NCBI GenBank assembly: GCA_013265495.1
Contig: MU058451.1
Location: forward strand, 1,898,167 to 1,962,166
Direction of reading: 5' to 3'
DNA length: 64,000 nt
Origin: Vicugna vicugna
Taxonomy: Eukaryota
Below the pieces are notes generated by a model. The model did not search any database and was not told the DNA's origin. It saw only the letters and a program-made list of their open reading frames with translations. The first letter of the stretch is position 1. Each line of letters starts with the position of its first letter. Positions 13,192 to 26,262 of this stretch are shown here, piece by piece. The translations under genes were made by a program, and so were the position numbers.

Positions 13192-13340
13192 ATCAGTGAT
13201 TCTCAAACTTCACAGTGTATCAGAGTCATCCAGGTTACCTGGTGAACACTCAGAGACTGAGGCCCATTCCTACTTCAGCGAGGCTGGTCTTTGTATTCTT
13301 TACGGTCTCTCCAGGGGCTGATGAACACTGGGCTAGACCG
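13192..13340. mobile_element. MER5-type hAT-Charlie MITE
   Basis: 'cagtgattctcaaacttcacagtgtatcagagtcatccagg'. Confidence 0.6.
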
Positions 13341-13695
13341 TTTCATGCTTTGGTTTAATAAGGAGAAGAACAAGCCTGGACTGTCCTCTGGGAACAGTAA
13401 TGGCTCTGTTTTCCCAGGAATGCTCATAGGGTATGAATGGTATGCATAGTAGTCATTTAATAAACTAGATGATCAATCCCTTAATCTCCTGATTTGCCCA
13501 GATGCCAGCAAGATTGTTCTTAATGGATGCCATTAAGATATATTATAGAAACTGGATGGGGCTGACTCAAGTTCAGACTTCACAGAAATTATAGCTTCCC
13601 AGTAAATCAGACTACAAGTTTATAGACAAATTGTATGATCATTGCTCCCGCTTGGAGAATATATATGCTAGAGAAATAATTTCCAAATGCCCATG

Positions 13696-14030
13696 CAGGA
13701 CCACAGTCCTTAATCTGAGCTCCAAAGTCCCCAAACACTGAAGACTAAAAGATTTCCCAAGTTTTGCATATAAAGTCCCTTGACAACAAAATTTGGCCTG
13801 AATCTATGTGAGACTATTAATAGCCTTTACTTATTGCATAATTACACAATTTAGTGTGACTACTGAAACATTCTACTGCAGAAATAGTCCTGATTTGGAC
13901 TCCCTGCTGGTAATGTTACACAGTAGTCTGGCATATGCACCCTATTGCCTTTCCATCATTAAAAAAAAAAATTCTGAATCCTGGATACATCTGGCCTCAA
14001 AATGGTCAGAGATGAAGCTGTAGAGCAGTA
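13696..14030 (-). mobile_element. MER46C-like Tigger DNA transposon
   Basis: 'caggaccacagtccttaatctg...gtgagactattaatagcctttactt...aaattctgaatcctggatacatctggcctc' matches the reverse of recalled MER46C. Confidence 0.75.
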
Positions 14031-14436
14031 ATGTATTATTCCATATTGTTGATGGAGAGCTGCAGATTCATCTGCCACGTTGGCTCACTCCCAACAGTTG
14101 CTATTGATAAAATTCAACAAGATAAAATTCATTCGATTGAAACTTGAAATGACTAACTCTCCTTATTAAGGAATATGACAGATGTTAATGCTCATTCTCT
14201 ACTGAATGAACCGTGGATCTCTTTACTTTTTTTCTGACAAAATGCCCTGCTTGAAAAAAGCAAAAAGGAGTTTGTCTGGTTTTAGATGCATATCCCACCA
14301 TCCTTTACCTTCTAGCCCACCCTTTTGATCCCCTTTTCTTCAGAGTCTACAAAATGTAGGGGTAATACATTCTAAATTGACTTTATGACTGAAGTCTGAA
14401 ACAGAGGTAAATGTGATGGTCAAAAATGAGCCAAAT

Positions 14437-14970
14437 TATAAAAACAGACAAATAGACCAGTGAAACAGAATTGAGAGCCCAGAAATAAATCCAAGCACGT
14501 ATAGTCAACCAGTATTTTACAAGTGAGCCAATAAGACTCAATGGAGAAAAGACAGTCTCGTTGATAAATGGTGCTGGGAAAATTAGATATTCACGTGTAA
14601 AAGGATGAATGTAGACCTCTATCTTTCACCACTCACAAAAATTTACTTGAAGTGGATTAAGGACTTAAATGTAAGATCTGAAACCATGACAATCATGGAA
14701 GAAAACAGGGGAAAACTCCTTGACATGTGTCTTCACAGTGATTTTTTGGGAATGACACCTAAAGCACAAGCAAGAAAAAAAAATAAGCAAGTGAGACAAC
14801 ATTGAACTAAGAGGCTCTACACAGCGAAAGAAACCATCAACAGTGAAAAGACAACCCACAGAATGGAGGAAAAATTTGCAAACAATATATCTGATAAGAG
14901 TTTAATATCCAAACTGTGTAAAGAACACATACAATTCAATAGCGAAAAAAATCCAAGTAAAAATGGATTA
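14437..14970 (+). mobile_element. Decayed L1 ORF2 C-terminal fragment
   Basis: ORF 14605-14805 ([27 protein letters not shown]...) resembles L1 ORF2p '[25 protein letters not shown]'; flanking L1 DNA carries stops. Confidence 0.92.
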
Positions 14971-15914
14971 TTTAAGCATCATATACTTTTTACGCAAGAA
15001 CCTAACAATGCTTGTGGCTGATTCTTAACATAAGTTTGGGTTGTAGTTGAGTTTGCAAATAATTTCTGAGCTAAATAAACAACAATGTGCTTGCTTTCCA
15101 AATAAGGACTATTAGTTGTGATTGATAATGTATGGATTTTGCCAACTATGTTAAGTAATGAATGCTCCTTATGGGCAAAATCAATTGCCTACTCTGCTTA
15201 AAATCTTGGCTTCAATTCAGAGTTACTGTGGGACGAGGTTACACCTTCATAGCTTGTAAGCATGTCAACTTAGCCAGTGTTCATTAATGCAAATTAGTTG
15301 AAGACAAATGTTCTCAACAGCATATTTAAAGAGGATGTAGATCCTTTCTGCGATGTTTTGCAGATAGCTAGATTCAATGTTTAGTTTCAACTGTTATAGT
15401 TACCAACTTCATGACAGTGTGAAAAGTACAGTAAACTTAGTAATGAGTCATAAATCGGGTCCTCTGCAGTAGGATGGGAAGATTACTAAATTAACTATTA
15501 CTAACTAGCAGTTGAGCTTAGAAATGGGGGTGGATAAGGAACATCATTTGTGGAAGACTGTCCTGCTGTAAGTTCAAGAGCAGACAACAGTCTGGATTCT
15601 CTTTCCTCAGAAAAATATACAAATTTCAGTACTTAATTCTTACATAGCTATTAACTCATAGCAATTGTTTGTCAGATTCTTTACTTTTGATGATATTTTT
15701 ACTGCAATTTAGAAGCATCTCTATTGGGTCCCATTAAAAAAATCTGAATGAGGTGTGGGATTTTCCTGATTTTCAAAATGGCAGCCCTATACTCACTGCA
15801 GACTTGCAGCATATGTTTAGAACCAAGAGTTTTCAAAGTATTTGTGCACAAAATATTTCACTTTACTCAAATTGACAAACTTAAAACAAATACAATCTTC
15901 ATAGATTCCTTAAA

Positions 15915-16072
15915 AGAGTTCTCAACTTGAGGGCCTCTCTGAGGAGTGGGGACGGGATAGCCAGTGTTCTGTATGTGTGGAATTTGTGCATTTTTCCTGG
16001 AATACAGTCCGTGATATCCATCAACTTCTCAGAAGCTTTATGACCCCTCAAAAAAAGGTTAAGAGCCCTCAT
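15915..16072. mobile_element. hAT-Charlie-type fragment
   Basis: 'ccatcaacttctcagaagctttatgacccctcaaaaaaaggttaagagcc'. Confidence 0.55.
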
Positions 16073-17086
16073 TTTAGAGAAATAACCACCTACAGTTTCT
16101 AAACTACAAATGGATATCTTTCTGTTTTTTATTTAAAATGTGTACTGACCTGTACAACTCACCCTGAACTCTGACTCTGGGCAGGAAGTCCTTCCGGGAG
16201 TTGATTGTCAGATCCTCACTTGATTGCTCATACTACCGGAAGTGACTTGTAAGATTGTTTCCTGATGCTTAAAGGGCAGTCGTCTAAGTTGTCTTCTAAG
16301 ATAGCACCTGCCAGCCCCGTGTCTGCTTCCTTCTTCCTCAGCTCTCCCTGGGGTTTACTTCTCCAATTCAGAGCCATCCCCAGCCATTGGAAACATGGAT
16401 GCATTATGATGAGGACTCACAAGAAGCCCTGCCTGCCCTCCATTAATCTCTGGGAGAAAAGCAAACCACTTTCAGCCCACCCTTCGCTGTCCTGCTGTGA
16501 CTGTACACAGCCGGCATATGGTGATACAAATTAATTGGTTGCTTTGGCATCGTTTTGCAACTCAGTACCAGGGCAAAGGGAGTCGAGTCTGAGACTCTCT
16601 GGCAAAAGAACAACACACTGAACAAAGAATTAAGCTAAAAATAGTTTCATCATATTAAATTACATCGTTGTTCTAGCCTGATAAAGAGCGTTTCTTCAAT
16701 AGGGGCATCTGAGAACATGATGGCATAGGACGTGGTTCGTGTTGGCATCACACTTAGAAAGGGTGTAACTTCAAAGTATTCTTAATGGATAATCATCCCA
16801 AATTTCCATCATTTTAAATATTATTTACATATTCCAACTATACTGCTTATTAGGATTAAAAGATCCATTTTTCTATTTTCTTTAAATTTGCCTTTCAAAT
16901 ATGAAGTGAAAGATCCTGGCTTGAGGACATATTACGAGATTCAGTGGATAAGTTTAAGCTTCTGAATGGTTTCATAGGTATCATCCCGTAATCACTCCAC
17001 CCTGTTGCGCTCTATGGTTTCTTTTCAGATCTTTCAGCTCTCTTGAAGAAAACCTCTGTGCTATCTGCCACCACCCCCACAATAGA

Positions 17087-17610
17087 ATTTATTTAACTGA
17101 TATTTATTGAGCACCCGTTGTATGCCTAGTTCCACATTAGGCACTAGGGACACAAATGTAAATTAGGTTCAGATCCTCATCCTCACTTACAAAACTAGGG
17201 TAATAAGAGAATTCAACAAATACATAAGAGATTTCAACACCATGTGAAATTGCTATCAAACAGTCAAATATGGAGGTACAGTGGAAGCAAAAAGGAGACG
17301 TACAGAACTTTTCAGGATGAGAGAAGACTTTCCAGAGGAGACTTTTAAGTGGATGAGTAGGAATTAAACAAAGAGAGTGGGAAGTGCTTTTCAAGCAGAG
17401 GAAATGGCCTGGAGGTAAAAAAAAAAAAAAANNNNNNNNNNNNNNNNAAAAAAAAGATAAATCTGGAAAATGGCCTATGATTTAGTAGGGCTAGGACTTT
17501 GGGTTCAGGGAATAAAGGACCAGAAGATTAGGCTGGAAAAAATCAGGGACCAAGTAAAATGGGTTCCCTAAAACTTGTAACAGACTTGGATTTTGTCCTG
17601 AAGATTAAAG
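17087..17610 (-). mobile_element. L2 3' fragment (contains the assembly gap)
   Basis: 'atatttattgagcacccgttgtatgcc...aggcactagggacacaaatg...agcagaggaaatggcctggagg'. Confidence 0.75.
17432..17447. other. Assembly gap (16 N) inside a poly(A) run
   Basis: Ns flanked by A runs. Confidence 0.99.
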
Positions 17611-19519
17611 AGAGCCTCAGAAAAATAGAAAGAATAATCAATCATCAGTTCTATCAGTACCACATAGTTCTCCCCTTTATTTTTTCTCCAATTGTTTCTT
17701 GGGAATTTTATCTCTCCAAATAAAGAAAAGAGAGAAACTATATCAAACTGTGCCATGTTCAACACTATAGGGAAAACAGACATTGAACCAAAAAGTGCTG
17801 ATTGATTGATTGGAACAGTCCACCTGCTTCTAGATGGCTATAGTTTGGGCCCAGCTTAGTGACTTCATGAGTATCCTTTTGTAGGTACTCAGCTTCTGAG
17901 GGTTTTAAGGCTCTACCTGTTTAAAAAAAAAAAAGGAAGAAAGAAAAGAAAACTTATTCGTGAACTTCTATCTGCATTTGTTTGATATTGATACTCTTTG
18001 AGGTTGGATAATATTCAAATAGTGACTTAATTTAGATCAAGTTGAAGTCAGCCTATTTGTATGATATTTGAAATTGTGTCATGCCAAACAGGTACTGTTT
18101 TTATTGACATTGACCCAGAAGAGCATATAAGATATCATTTTCTAAAACACAGGTTCAGAATCAGGTTTCTGGCTGGGAGGTGTGAGCAGGGACCTGTGTG
18201 CTGAGTGCTAGGGCTCTTGGAATTCCCCCAGTCAAGCCAGCTAATGCCTCAACTTCAATGAGAAGTTTGGACCGCTGTCTCCTACTACAAATGTGGCAGG
18301 GAAAGACACTTTGTTAATCCTTAGTAATCATTCAGACTTAATATGAATATGTTTATGAAATCCTTCCCAAAGAGCAAATTGTCTCTGGGAAAACCTAAGA
18401 GGACCATAAACCACTCGCTGCCAAAAGGAAGGGATAGAGCAGAAAAAGGCTCAGATAGAGAAACACAAACTTGACCCTGCTCACGGTATACTTGGCCAGC
18501 CCTGTATTCTCCTTTGATGATTCAGTCAGAACTACAGCTAAAGAAAATCCATCAGCCTGTCTTTGAATCCTCAGTACCTAACTTAATTCTCGTAAGATCT
18601 TGTATCATCTGTTCTTCCAACTAAGTGAAGTGTTTCGGAATTTACGGGACTAAGTATTTTTGAATCTCGACAGGTAGCATTTGCAGAAAGAGGAAAATGA
18701 ATTCTAAATTTTTCCATGGGCTATTGCATCGTATATAATATAACTTTATTCTAGATATTTTAATTGATGTCTTAGATATCTTACTGTTTTTAATTGATGT
18801 GTTTTTCTCTTCTCAAGACATGTTCACTTTTCAGGTCCACTTTCTCACTGTGAGCCAAAATACTGTTGATTATGGAAATGGAAAAAAATCACCTCAATGA
18901 ATGAGAAGTTTCCTTCCTCTTACATAGAGTCTCAGGGATAATAAACCCCCGTGAAATCTAAAGGAAAGAAAAAGAGCAGAGGTCTTTTGAAAATAGTTAA
19001 AATAACTATTTTAAATAATCTTGGCAATAAAGCCCCCAAATTTGTTATTATTTCTGACATTATGTTTAAACTTCATATATTTTCTGTATCTCCCTAAGAG
19101 CTTTGGTTATAATACGGCATTTTGCACAGGCTAACTCTGATGACTTTGGTTTGAGAGGAAGGAGACCAGATTTCATACTCGCCTTTCCAGCCTTTATTTC
19201 TGCCGCTTCCCAATGAACACACGGTTTGTGTGCCACTCTGCGGTTTCTAGAACAATGCCACGTACCATCATATTTGGGAGCTTTAACTTTGTAAGGTCCC
19301 TTTTACCCCCTTAATGCCTGCTACATCCCTGCTCCTCCTTTGATCCTCAGTTCAAAAGTCACCTCTTTCTTAACTCCCTGGACAGAATCAGTGACTCTCT
19401 TGTCTGTGCTCATTTTTCAAGTTGTGGGCATTTTTGCTACCTACCCTGTTTTTACATGGCATTGTGATTATGGTTTCAGGTAAGGCTTCTTTAGGTTTTG
19501 TCACACATATTCACTATTG

Positions 19520-19710
19520 ATCTTTTTTATGGAAGTATAATTGATCTGCAATATTCTATTAGTTTCAGGTGTACAACATAGTGATTCAATATTTTTATAG
19601 ATTGTACTCCGTTTAAAGTCATTACTAAATGATGGCAGTATTTTTCTGGGCTGTACAGTATATCCTTGTTGCTTGTTTATTTTGTGCATGGTAGTTTGTC
19701 TCGATTGAGC
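19520..19710 (-). mobile_element. L1 3' end
   Basis: 'tttttatggaagtataattgatctgcaatattctattagtttcaggtgtacaacatagtgattca'. Confidence 0.88.
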
Positions 19711-21199
19711 CTTGAATCCCATTCCTTCCTCCTGTGTTCGGGTTTCCTTTTCTTGATGTTCATTCTTTAGTCATTCTTTCAAGTACAGGTCTATAATGAT
19801 CATTCTCATAGTCTTTTTCTGAAAATGTGTTTTGTTCTCACACTTGAAAAATAGTTTAGCTAGGTAGAGATTATTTTTGCTTAGTATTCCTAACACCCTA
19901 AGGGTGGTATAAATTCAGACTCTGTACCCATGGTTGGGGGAGACTGGGGATTTTTATTTCTCATGGATGACATGTCCCACCCTACCCAGCCACAGTCCAG
20001 AGCCAGGAGTAGAAATACACTGCCCTTTTACCTCTCTGGCTGATGGATTACCCTCCCAACAGCAGGCATTGGGGTAACACTGAAGTTGCCTGTCCGTAGC
20101 ACAAGTTATCAGCATGGCAATATTCTAGGCACATGACTCCTCATTTTTATGTCATTCCTATCTCTAACCTGTACCTCTTGTAATAGAGGTTGACTGTAAT
20201 GAAAAAAAAATTGCATCTTTTTATCTTAAAGAGTAAATATTCCAGGGAGGCTTTGTTTCATCTTTCAGCCGGAATGGCAACTTCCCGTTAAAAGCACACC
20301 CTCTATTTCAAAAGGTTGTGTTGGATGGCACTTAAAAAGGAATTGCAGCTGGTTTAATTTAGGGTGTTGAACAAATTCCAATCCAAGAATATTCCTTGGC
20401 GCTGGGCCTATAGCATTTTTATTTGATTTTAAATTGGATAAATTTTAATTCATTTTCAGTTCTTTGCTTTACATATTTTTTTTCTTCTGAGACAAGCAAC
20501 TCACCATTGGTATTTATTCTGTCTTTAACACTGTAGCTAAATTATGACATGTTGTATACATCTTATCAAATTCCCTGTAAGCTTTACTTATTATTGTACA
20601 GATCCATCTATACTTTAAAACATACCAATCACATCCATTAAATCTTGACAAAGCTGTGCCCTAAGAATAATATAAGAAAATAATTGCACCAGAAGTCCTT
20701 TTCCCCTTGTTAATATCGCTTTATAGTTCATGGTGTAAATTTAGTCAGTTTTGAAGCACTGAATCTTATTTTCCCGTATATTTTTTTCCAATTTCTTTAT
20801 GAGTTGTTGTATTCTTTGTTTTGTTTTGTTTTGACCTCTAATTTATGTTTCCTGGGAGACAGTATTAATTTTTTTTAAATAAAAGAATGAGAGAGACAGA
20901 GAAAAGGAAAAAGGAGGAAAAAAGGACTATTATATTTTGCTAAGACTGTAGGGAGCAATTTAGGGATCAGTCACAGAAGGATACTGTTTGAAGTCTGGGC
21001 AGGGTTGGATCCATAAGGCAGGAAGAAGAGACAGTCAAGGGCACGACCTTGAGCAACACTTACTAGACAGTAGAAGCAGCCACTGAAATGGCTGGATATG
21101 TGACTCAGTCTCCACAGTTCCTTAAAGAGAGGAGATGCATCTGAGACACCACCTGTAGGAATCACACCACCTACCACGGCGGAGCAGCTGGCGAATGCT

Positions 21200-21735
21200 C
21201 TCCATTCAGTCCTTCACTCGCTGAGAGCTGCTCCTTACTATTCCTTGAGCCAAGGATCCGATGTAAACATTACAGGCAAAGTCCCCGTCATTTTGTGCTC
21301 ATGTTAGGGTGGTGTATGTGGGAGAGGTACAAATAGGAGACAAGATTGTAACCAAACAAATACCTAATCAATCCCTGTAGCCATTAAGTGCTGCAAAGAA
21401 AATTAACCAAGTAAGAGGCTAGGAAGGAGCCTCCGGGGTGGAGCTGGGGAGTGGGGGTGCTTTACCAAGTATAGCCAGGGAGACCTCTGGGAGGAAGTGA
21501 CATTGGAGCTAAAATGTACGTGCTTAGAAGGAGCCACCAAATGAGTTGCGAGGAAGGAGCCTTCCAGAGTGAAAACAAGTGGCAAGGATTGAAGCAAGAA
21601 CAGAGTGGTTGAGGGACAGGACGGGGCCGGTGTGGCTGGAGCCTAATGCACAGTGACAGGGAGTCAGAGAGGTGAGCCGGATCCGAGGGCCCCTTTGGCC
21701 GTGAAAGTTGTTTAAATCTGATTCTGTTTGCAGTT
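21200..21735 (-). mobile_element. L2a-type fragment
   Basis: 'agccagggagacctctgggaggaagtgacattggagct...ggccggtgtggctggagc'. Confidence 0.8.
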
Positions 21736-22159
21736 GTCTTGTGGGCTGATCCACTTAATCCTACTCGTTTGTCCCTGCACTGCTGCAGCTCCTGCCAGCG
21801 TCATTCAGCTACTTGGTCCTGTTTAACAGGGTCTGAAGAGACTTGGAACGCAGCTAAAAAAAGAAGGCAACACTTTGCTACCATAGCTTTCTCTCTCACC
21901 TTCTGAATTAAATATGCATTTTGGGATCCCTTCCCCTCCCCCATCCAGAGAGATCTGGTGCCAACCACCCGCCCTCCAACCCAGAGAAAGAAGCTAAGCA
22001 AATTGTGGCAAAATTGGAGTGAAGTGAGCCCACATGAAAACTGTGCTGGTAAAATAAATGAACAATAAGGAGCTTTCCATCCTAAACATATGTGTAGTGT
22101 TAATTAGAAGGGAGGGAGGGAGAGAGAATGAGTATGGGTATTTGAGAGCCTCTCTATTC

Positions 22160-23021
22160 CTGGGTGCACAGGGGGAAAGGGTACAGTCCTCTGCAGACGG
22201 TGCTCACTTCAGACATCAGCCACAAGTTTGGGGGTTTCCCAGGACCACCATCACTTCTGACCAACTGGCTACAAATTCAGGCTTTCCTACTATCCTCTTA
22301 GGTTTAATAATTCACCAGAAAGACTCACAGAACTCACTGGAAGCACTGTGCTTATGGTTATGATTTTTTAACTTTTTTTTATTGATTTATAATCATTTTA
22401 CAATGTTGTGTCAAGTTCCAGTGTAGAGCACAATTTTTCAGTTATACATGAACATATATATATTCATTGTCACATTTTTTTCTCTGTGAGCTACCACAAG
22501 ATCTTGTATATATATATACACACAAGATTATGGTTTTATTATAGCAAAAGAATACAAATTCGAAGAGACACACAGGGCAAAGTCTGGCAAGATTCCAAAC
22601 AGGAAAGTTCTGTCATCCTCAGGGATGCATTACTCAATTAGCATGCTGATGTGTGACAACCTGCAGAGAACTGCCAACCGGGGAAGCTCACCCAAGTTTT
22701 AGTTCAAAGTTTTTATTGGGGTTTCACTAAGTAGGGCATGATTGATCCAATTGTTGGCTGGGAGCTTGAACTCAATCTCCAGCCTCTCTGCCCTCTCCAG
22801 GGATGGATCTGATATGACGTGGCTCAAAGCTTCAACCCTCTAAGGACATGGTCAGTCTTTCTGGCATGGCTAGTCCCCTCATCAGTATAAACTCTGAGGT
22901 GTGATCTGAGGGACCCACCATGAACAACAGCAAAGACACTCCCATGACACTGGAAATTATAGGGGTTTAGAGACTCCCTCCAAAGAACCAAGGACAGCAT
23001 TCATTCAGATTTTCTATTACA
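22160..23021 (-). mobile_element. MER21-type solo LTR, interrupted by an L1 tip
   Basis: 'cacttctgaccaactggctacaaattcagg...gactcacagaactcactggaagc...ggaagctcacc...aaagacactcccatgacactggaaatt'. Confidence 0.85.
22369..22527 (-). mobile_element. Young camelid-type L1 3' tip
   Basis: 'attgatttataatcattttacaatgttgtgtcaagttccagtgtagagcacaatttttcag'; near-TSD ttatgatttt/ttatggtttt. Confidence 0.85.
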
Positions 23022-24055
23022 TACTAGGACTTTTCAGTCAGGTTTGTAATCAGTTGCCTGTTCTGTATACCAATCCTGAGTACAGTTGAGTGTAACTGCT
23101 TGAGTAAGGCAGACTCAGTATGCATTGCTTGAATTTTTTAGCAGTTGAGAGCCGTGGAATTTAAGGCATCATTAGAAAGTTATTATAGATCCATGTTGCC
23201 CACCTCTGGGCCTCAAACTCTTTTTTTTCCAAGCACCATTTCTGTGTGCTTCCTTCCTAGCTGACAAGGGTCACGTTTCTGTTCTGTCCTCTACTGAGTG
23301 CAAGTTGGATATTTGCCTATGCCTGGCAAATGTTACTTTGTGCAAATGATATAAATATTATGAAAAACAGTGAGAAAAAAAAAGCAGCCCTAGCTCATCC
23401 TTTTGTCCAATTGAAAGTGGTCATAAATAGAACCTTGATGTCCTTAACATTTAGAATCAGAGTCTGCTGTCAACTTTTCAAAATTTTCTTTGTATACTAC
23501 CAAAAAAGCACCAAAAAAAAAAAAACCCAGAAAAACAGAAAACAATGACAACAAAAACTGGGTGACTCAATGGGAAGATGAGGTAAAGAACTTCATGTCT
23601 TATTGCATAATGAGCTAGGAGATGCGCGCCCTTATGTAGTGGTTTTCCAGATGACCTTGAGCAGCGCACAGAAACTCGGCCTGCCCCGTTTCTTAACAAG
23701 TGTGACAGCTGGGAGGTGTGGCCTCAGCGATTAACACGACCCTCTGAAGGAGCTGCAGTATGCCTTTCTGTAATGGCTGGGCCTGTACCAACCTGAAGAA
23801 CTCTGTGGCACACAAAGATGATGGCCACGTGACAGCTGACTTCTAAATGGAAAGTCACAAAATTGAATCCCCCAAATGTTACCAAGCATTGTGTAGATGA
23901 GCCATCCAGAAAACTGAATTTTCTTTCAACTATATTTTATCATCTTGGTGCCTCAGTTTAATGCCCCTCCCCATCATTCCAGGCCATTCCAAGTAAAGGC
24001 TTATTTGATCACAATTCCAGGGGAAATGTGAGATCATCCTAAGGGGTTAGTGGGA

Positions 24056-24600
24056 TGTTTTAAAAGGGATAACCTGGCAAGTGTGTAAATCCGGTATGGT
24101 AAGATCCACAGACACAAAAGTGATTGACATGAAATAAGAAGTTTTTTGTACTTACAGATTCCAAGGGACAGGTGGCATGGCATACGATGCAGGGCCACCC
24201 AGGGAAGCTCCAGGGCCAGAGAAAGTGGAGGAAATATAGGCAAGAGTCTGTATTGTGATTTGTGCAGGAAGGCAAGGGTAAGGCAGAGTAAGCAGGCTTA
24301 GACTGGATAGTTTGAATAATTTCAGCAGGCACTTGGGAATGAGGCTGTCCTTAGTTGTCTGGCACCTGGTCCTAGAGTGATTAGAGCAGAATAGTGGCCC
24401 AGAGTATAAATTTGGATAATGGAGGTGGTTGGGGTCTGCTCTCTGGATTGGTTAGTTTGCATATGAAAGGTGCGCTCCTAGGAGAGCTGTTAGCTCTGGG
24501 AGTGAGCTAGCTGACGCCATGGGAGGAGCAGTTCTCTGGGGTCAGCAAGGCCCTAATGTCAGTGCATCAGATACAGAAATGAGAAAGCATGGTGATTATA
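24056..24600 (-). mobile_element. MER74-like ERVL solo LTR
   Basis: 'tgttttaaaa...ggtatggtaag...tagtttgaataatttcagc...ctctggattggttagtttgcatatgaaagg...gtcagcaaggcc'. Confidence 0.8.
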
Positions 24601-24761
24601 TGGAGTTAGGAAGGGGTTTCTTAGTCATAAGTCCTTTAGCATCAAGATTTTTTTTTAATTTTTCATTCACCTTTAACATAACTCATGTAATTATATAAAT
24701 TCCTAGAATTAACCTAAATATTTACATTTCTTTAGTGGAAGGAAGGAAAACAGATCTTACC

Positions 24762-25145
24762 CTATTTCTCAAACTTCAGTATTTATACAAATCACCTGTT
24801 GGGTTGTCAGATAAAATATAGGACACTCAGCTGAATTTTAATTTTAGATAAACAACAAATAATTTTTTTAGGGTAAATATGGCTTATGTAATAGTTGAGA
24901 CAAACTATCCTAAAAAACAAAGAAAGAAAGAAAAAAATTCATTGTTTACCTAAAATTCCAATTTACCTGGACATCCTGTCTTTTTATTTGCTATATATGG
25001 TGACCCTTATCACCTGGGGAATCTTGTTAAAGTGCAGAGTCTGATTCAGTAGGTCTGGAGAGAGCCTGAGAATCTGCATTTCTAACTAGCTCACAAGGTT
25101 TGTCAGTATTGCTCTCCCTTGAACCACATTTTGAACAGCAAAACT
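24762..25145. mobile_element. MER5A MITE split by MER53
   Basis: 'tttctcaaactt...aatcacctg' then 'atcacctggggaatcttgttaaagtgcagagtctgattcagtaggtctgg...aatctgcatttctaac'. Confidence 0.85.
24799..25008. mobile_element. MER53 MITE with 8-bp TSD
   Basis: TIRs ttgggttgtca / tggtgaccctt; TSD atcacctg at 24791-24798 and 25009-25016. Confidence 0.88.
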
Positions 25146-25531
25146 CTGTTGGACACTTTGTGACTGTACTCAGTGTGACATAATACCAAGCAGTCAACCA
25201 ATGCTACTGACTGAAGAAATGGAATTAGTCACCTTAACTTCTACAGTGTAAATGGATTGATTCTCTAAAGGACACTACTTGATTATTAACACATCTGCCT
25301 TCCTGTGCCAAAGAATCTATTTCCTGGATTAGAGATTGTTTAGGTTCTGGTTTATAAATAAAATCCTTTGAATTTGCAAATCCAAAGACTTTGAAACCAC
25401 AATAAAAAAATTCACTTATTTTTGGAAGAATACAGAGATTATTTCTAAAAGCAAAGGAAATGATCAGGATGATTGTCAGCCTATGACAGTATTCTCGTGC
25501 TTAGTACAAAGCTCAAACCTAGATGATACAC

Positions 25532-25572
25532 TTTTTATTTTATTTTATTTTATTTCTTTTATTTTTTATTTT
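25532..25572. repeat. (TTTTA)n simple repeat
   Basis: Directly visible. Confidence 0.9.
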
Positions 25573-26222
25573 AGAAAGCAATTGAAATTATATATTCAGA
25601 CATTCGACTAAAGCAACTGCAGTTTTTCTTCTGTTTGGGAACAATCTGGTACTTCCATCTTCAAAGCTGTTATTTACACATCAACAGCTTTGTTCGGCTC
25701 CCCTGTTCTTCGGTCAAGTGTGAAATTACAATGAAAAGTAGAGAACAGGTTGGCACCCATAGATTAAGATCAGAAAAAGACAAGGAAGGAGTAAACAAGA
25801 AAATGAGAACAGATAAACAATACTGACTAGAAGTCCACAGGGATTGCCTCAATTTAAAATGAATTAAATTTGTATGGTCATAATTTTGTTTAACATCCTG
25901 GATGTTTATTTTCTCACTAGTTTGTCTCATCAACTTATAAAATGTTCAGTGTTGGGTTTTCTTTTTTTTAATTAGCTAAGATACTGAAGTCACTGGGGCC
26001 ACTAAGATGATTTTATGTCCTTAATGTTATTTTATCAGATAAGCTTCAACAGATGCTTATAGCCTTTTCTCTGTGCTGGACGATTGCACACCATATCCAT
26101 TAGAAGAGCAAACTGTTATTGATTTGGGCTATAATATTTTATTACACTGTTAAGAATTTCAAGCTATTTTTATTTCAAAGACCTGCAGACCTTTGAGGGT
26201 CTTAGGGGAGAGTAAATAGGCT

Positions 26223-26262
26223 TAAATAAATAAATAAATAATCAATCAATCAATCAAATAAA
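26223..26262. repeat. (TAAA)n(TCAA)n compound repeat
   Basis: Directly visible. Confidence 0.85.

Noticed and set aside
14605..14805. ORF with a real protein-like motif (KWIKDLNVR)
   Set aside because: It is a broken L1 ORF2 remnant, not a host gene
11420..16601. Series of minus-strand acceptor-like sites (about 16601, 12278, 11758, 11470)
   Set aside because: They could not be chained into a coherent reading frame or a recognisable protein, and are expected by chance
18755..18800. Repeated tttttaattgatgt; similar short duplication tattattagaa at about 47299-47321
   Set aside because: Two-copy AT-rich micro-duplications with no array structure; not CRISPR-like
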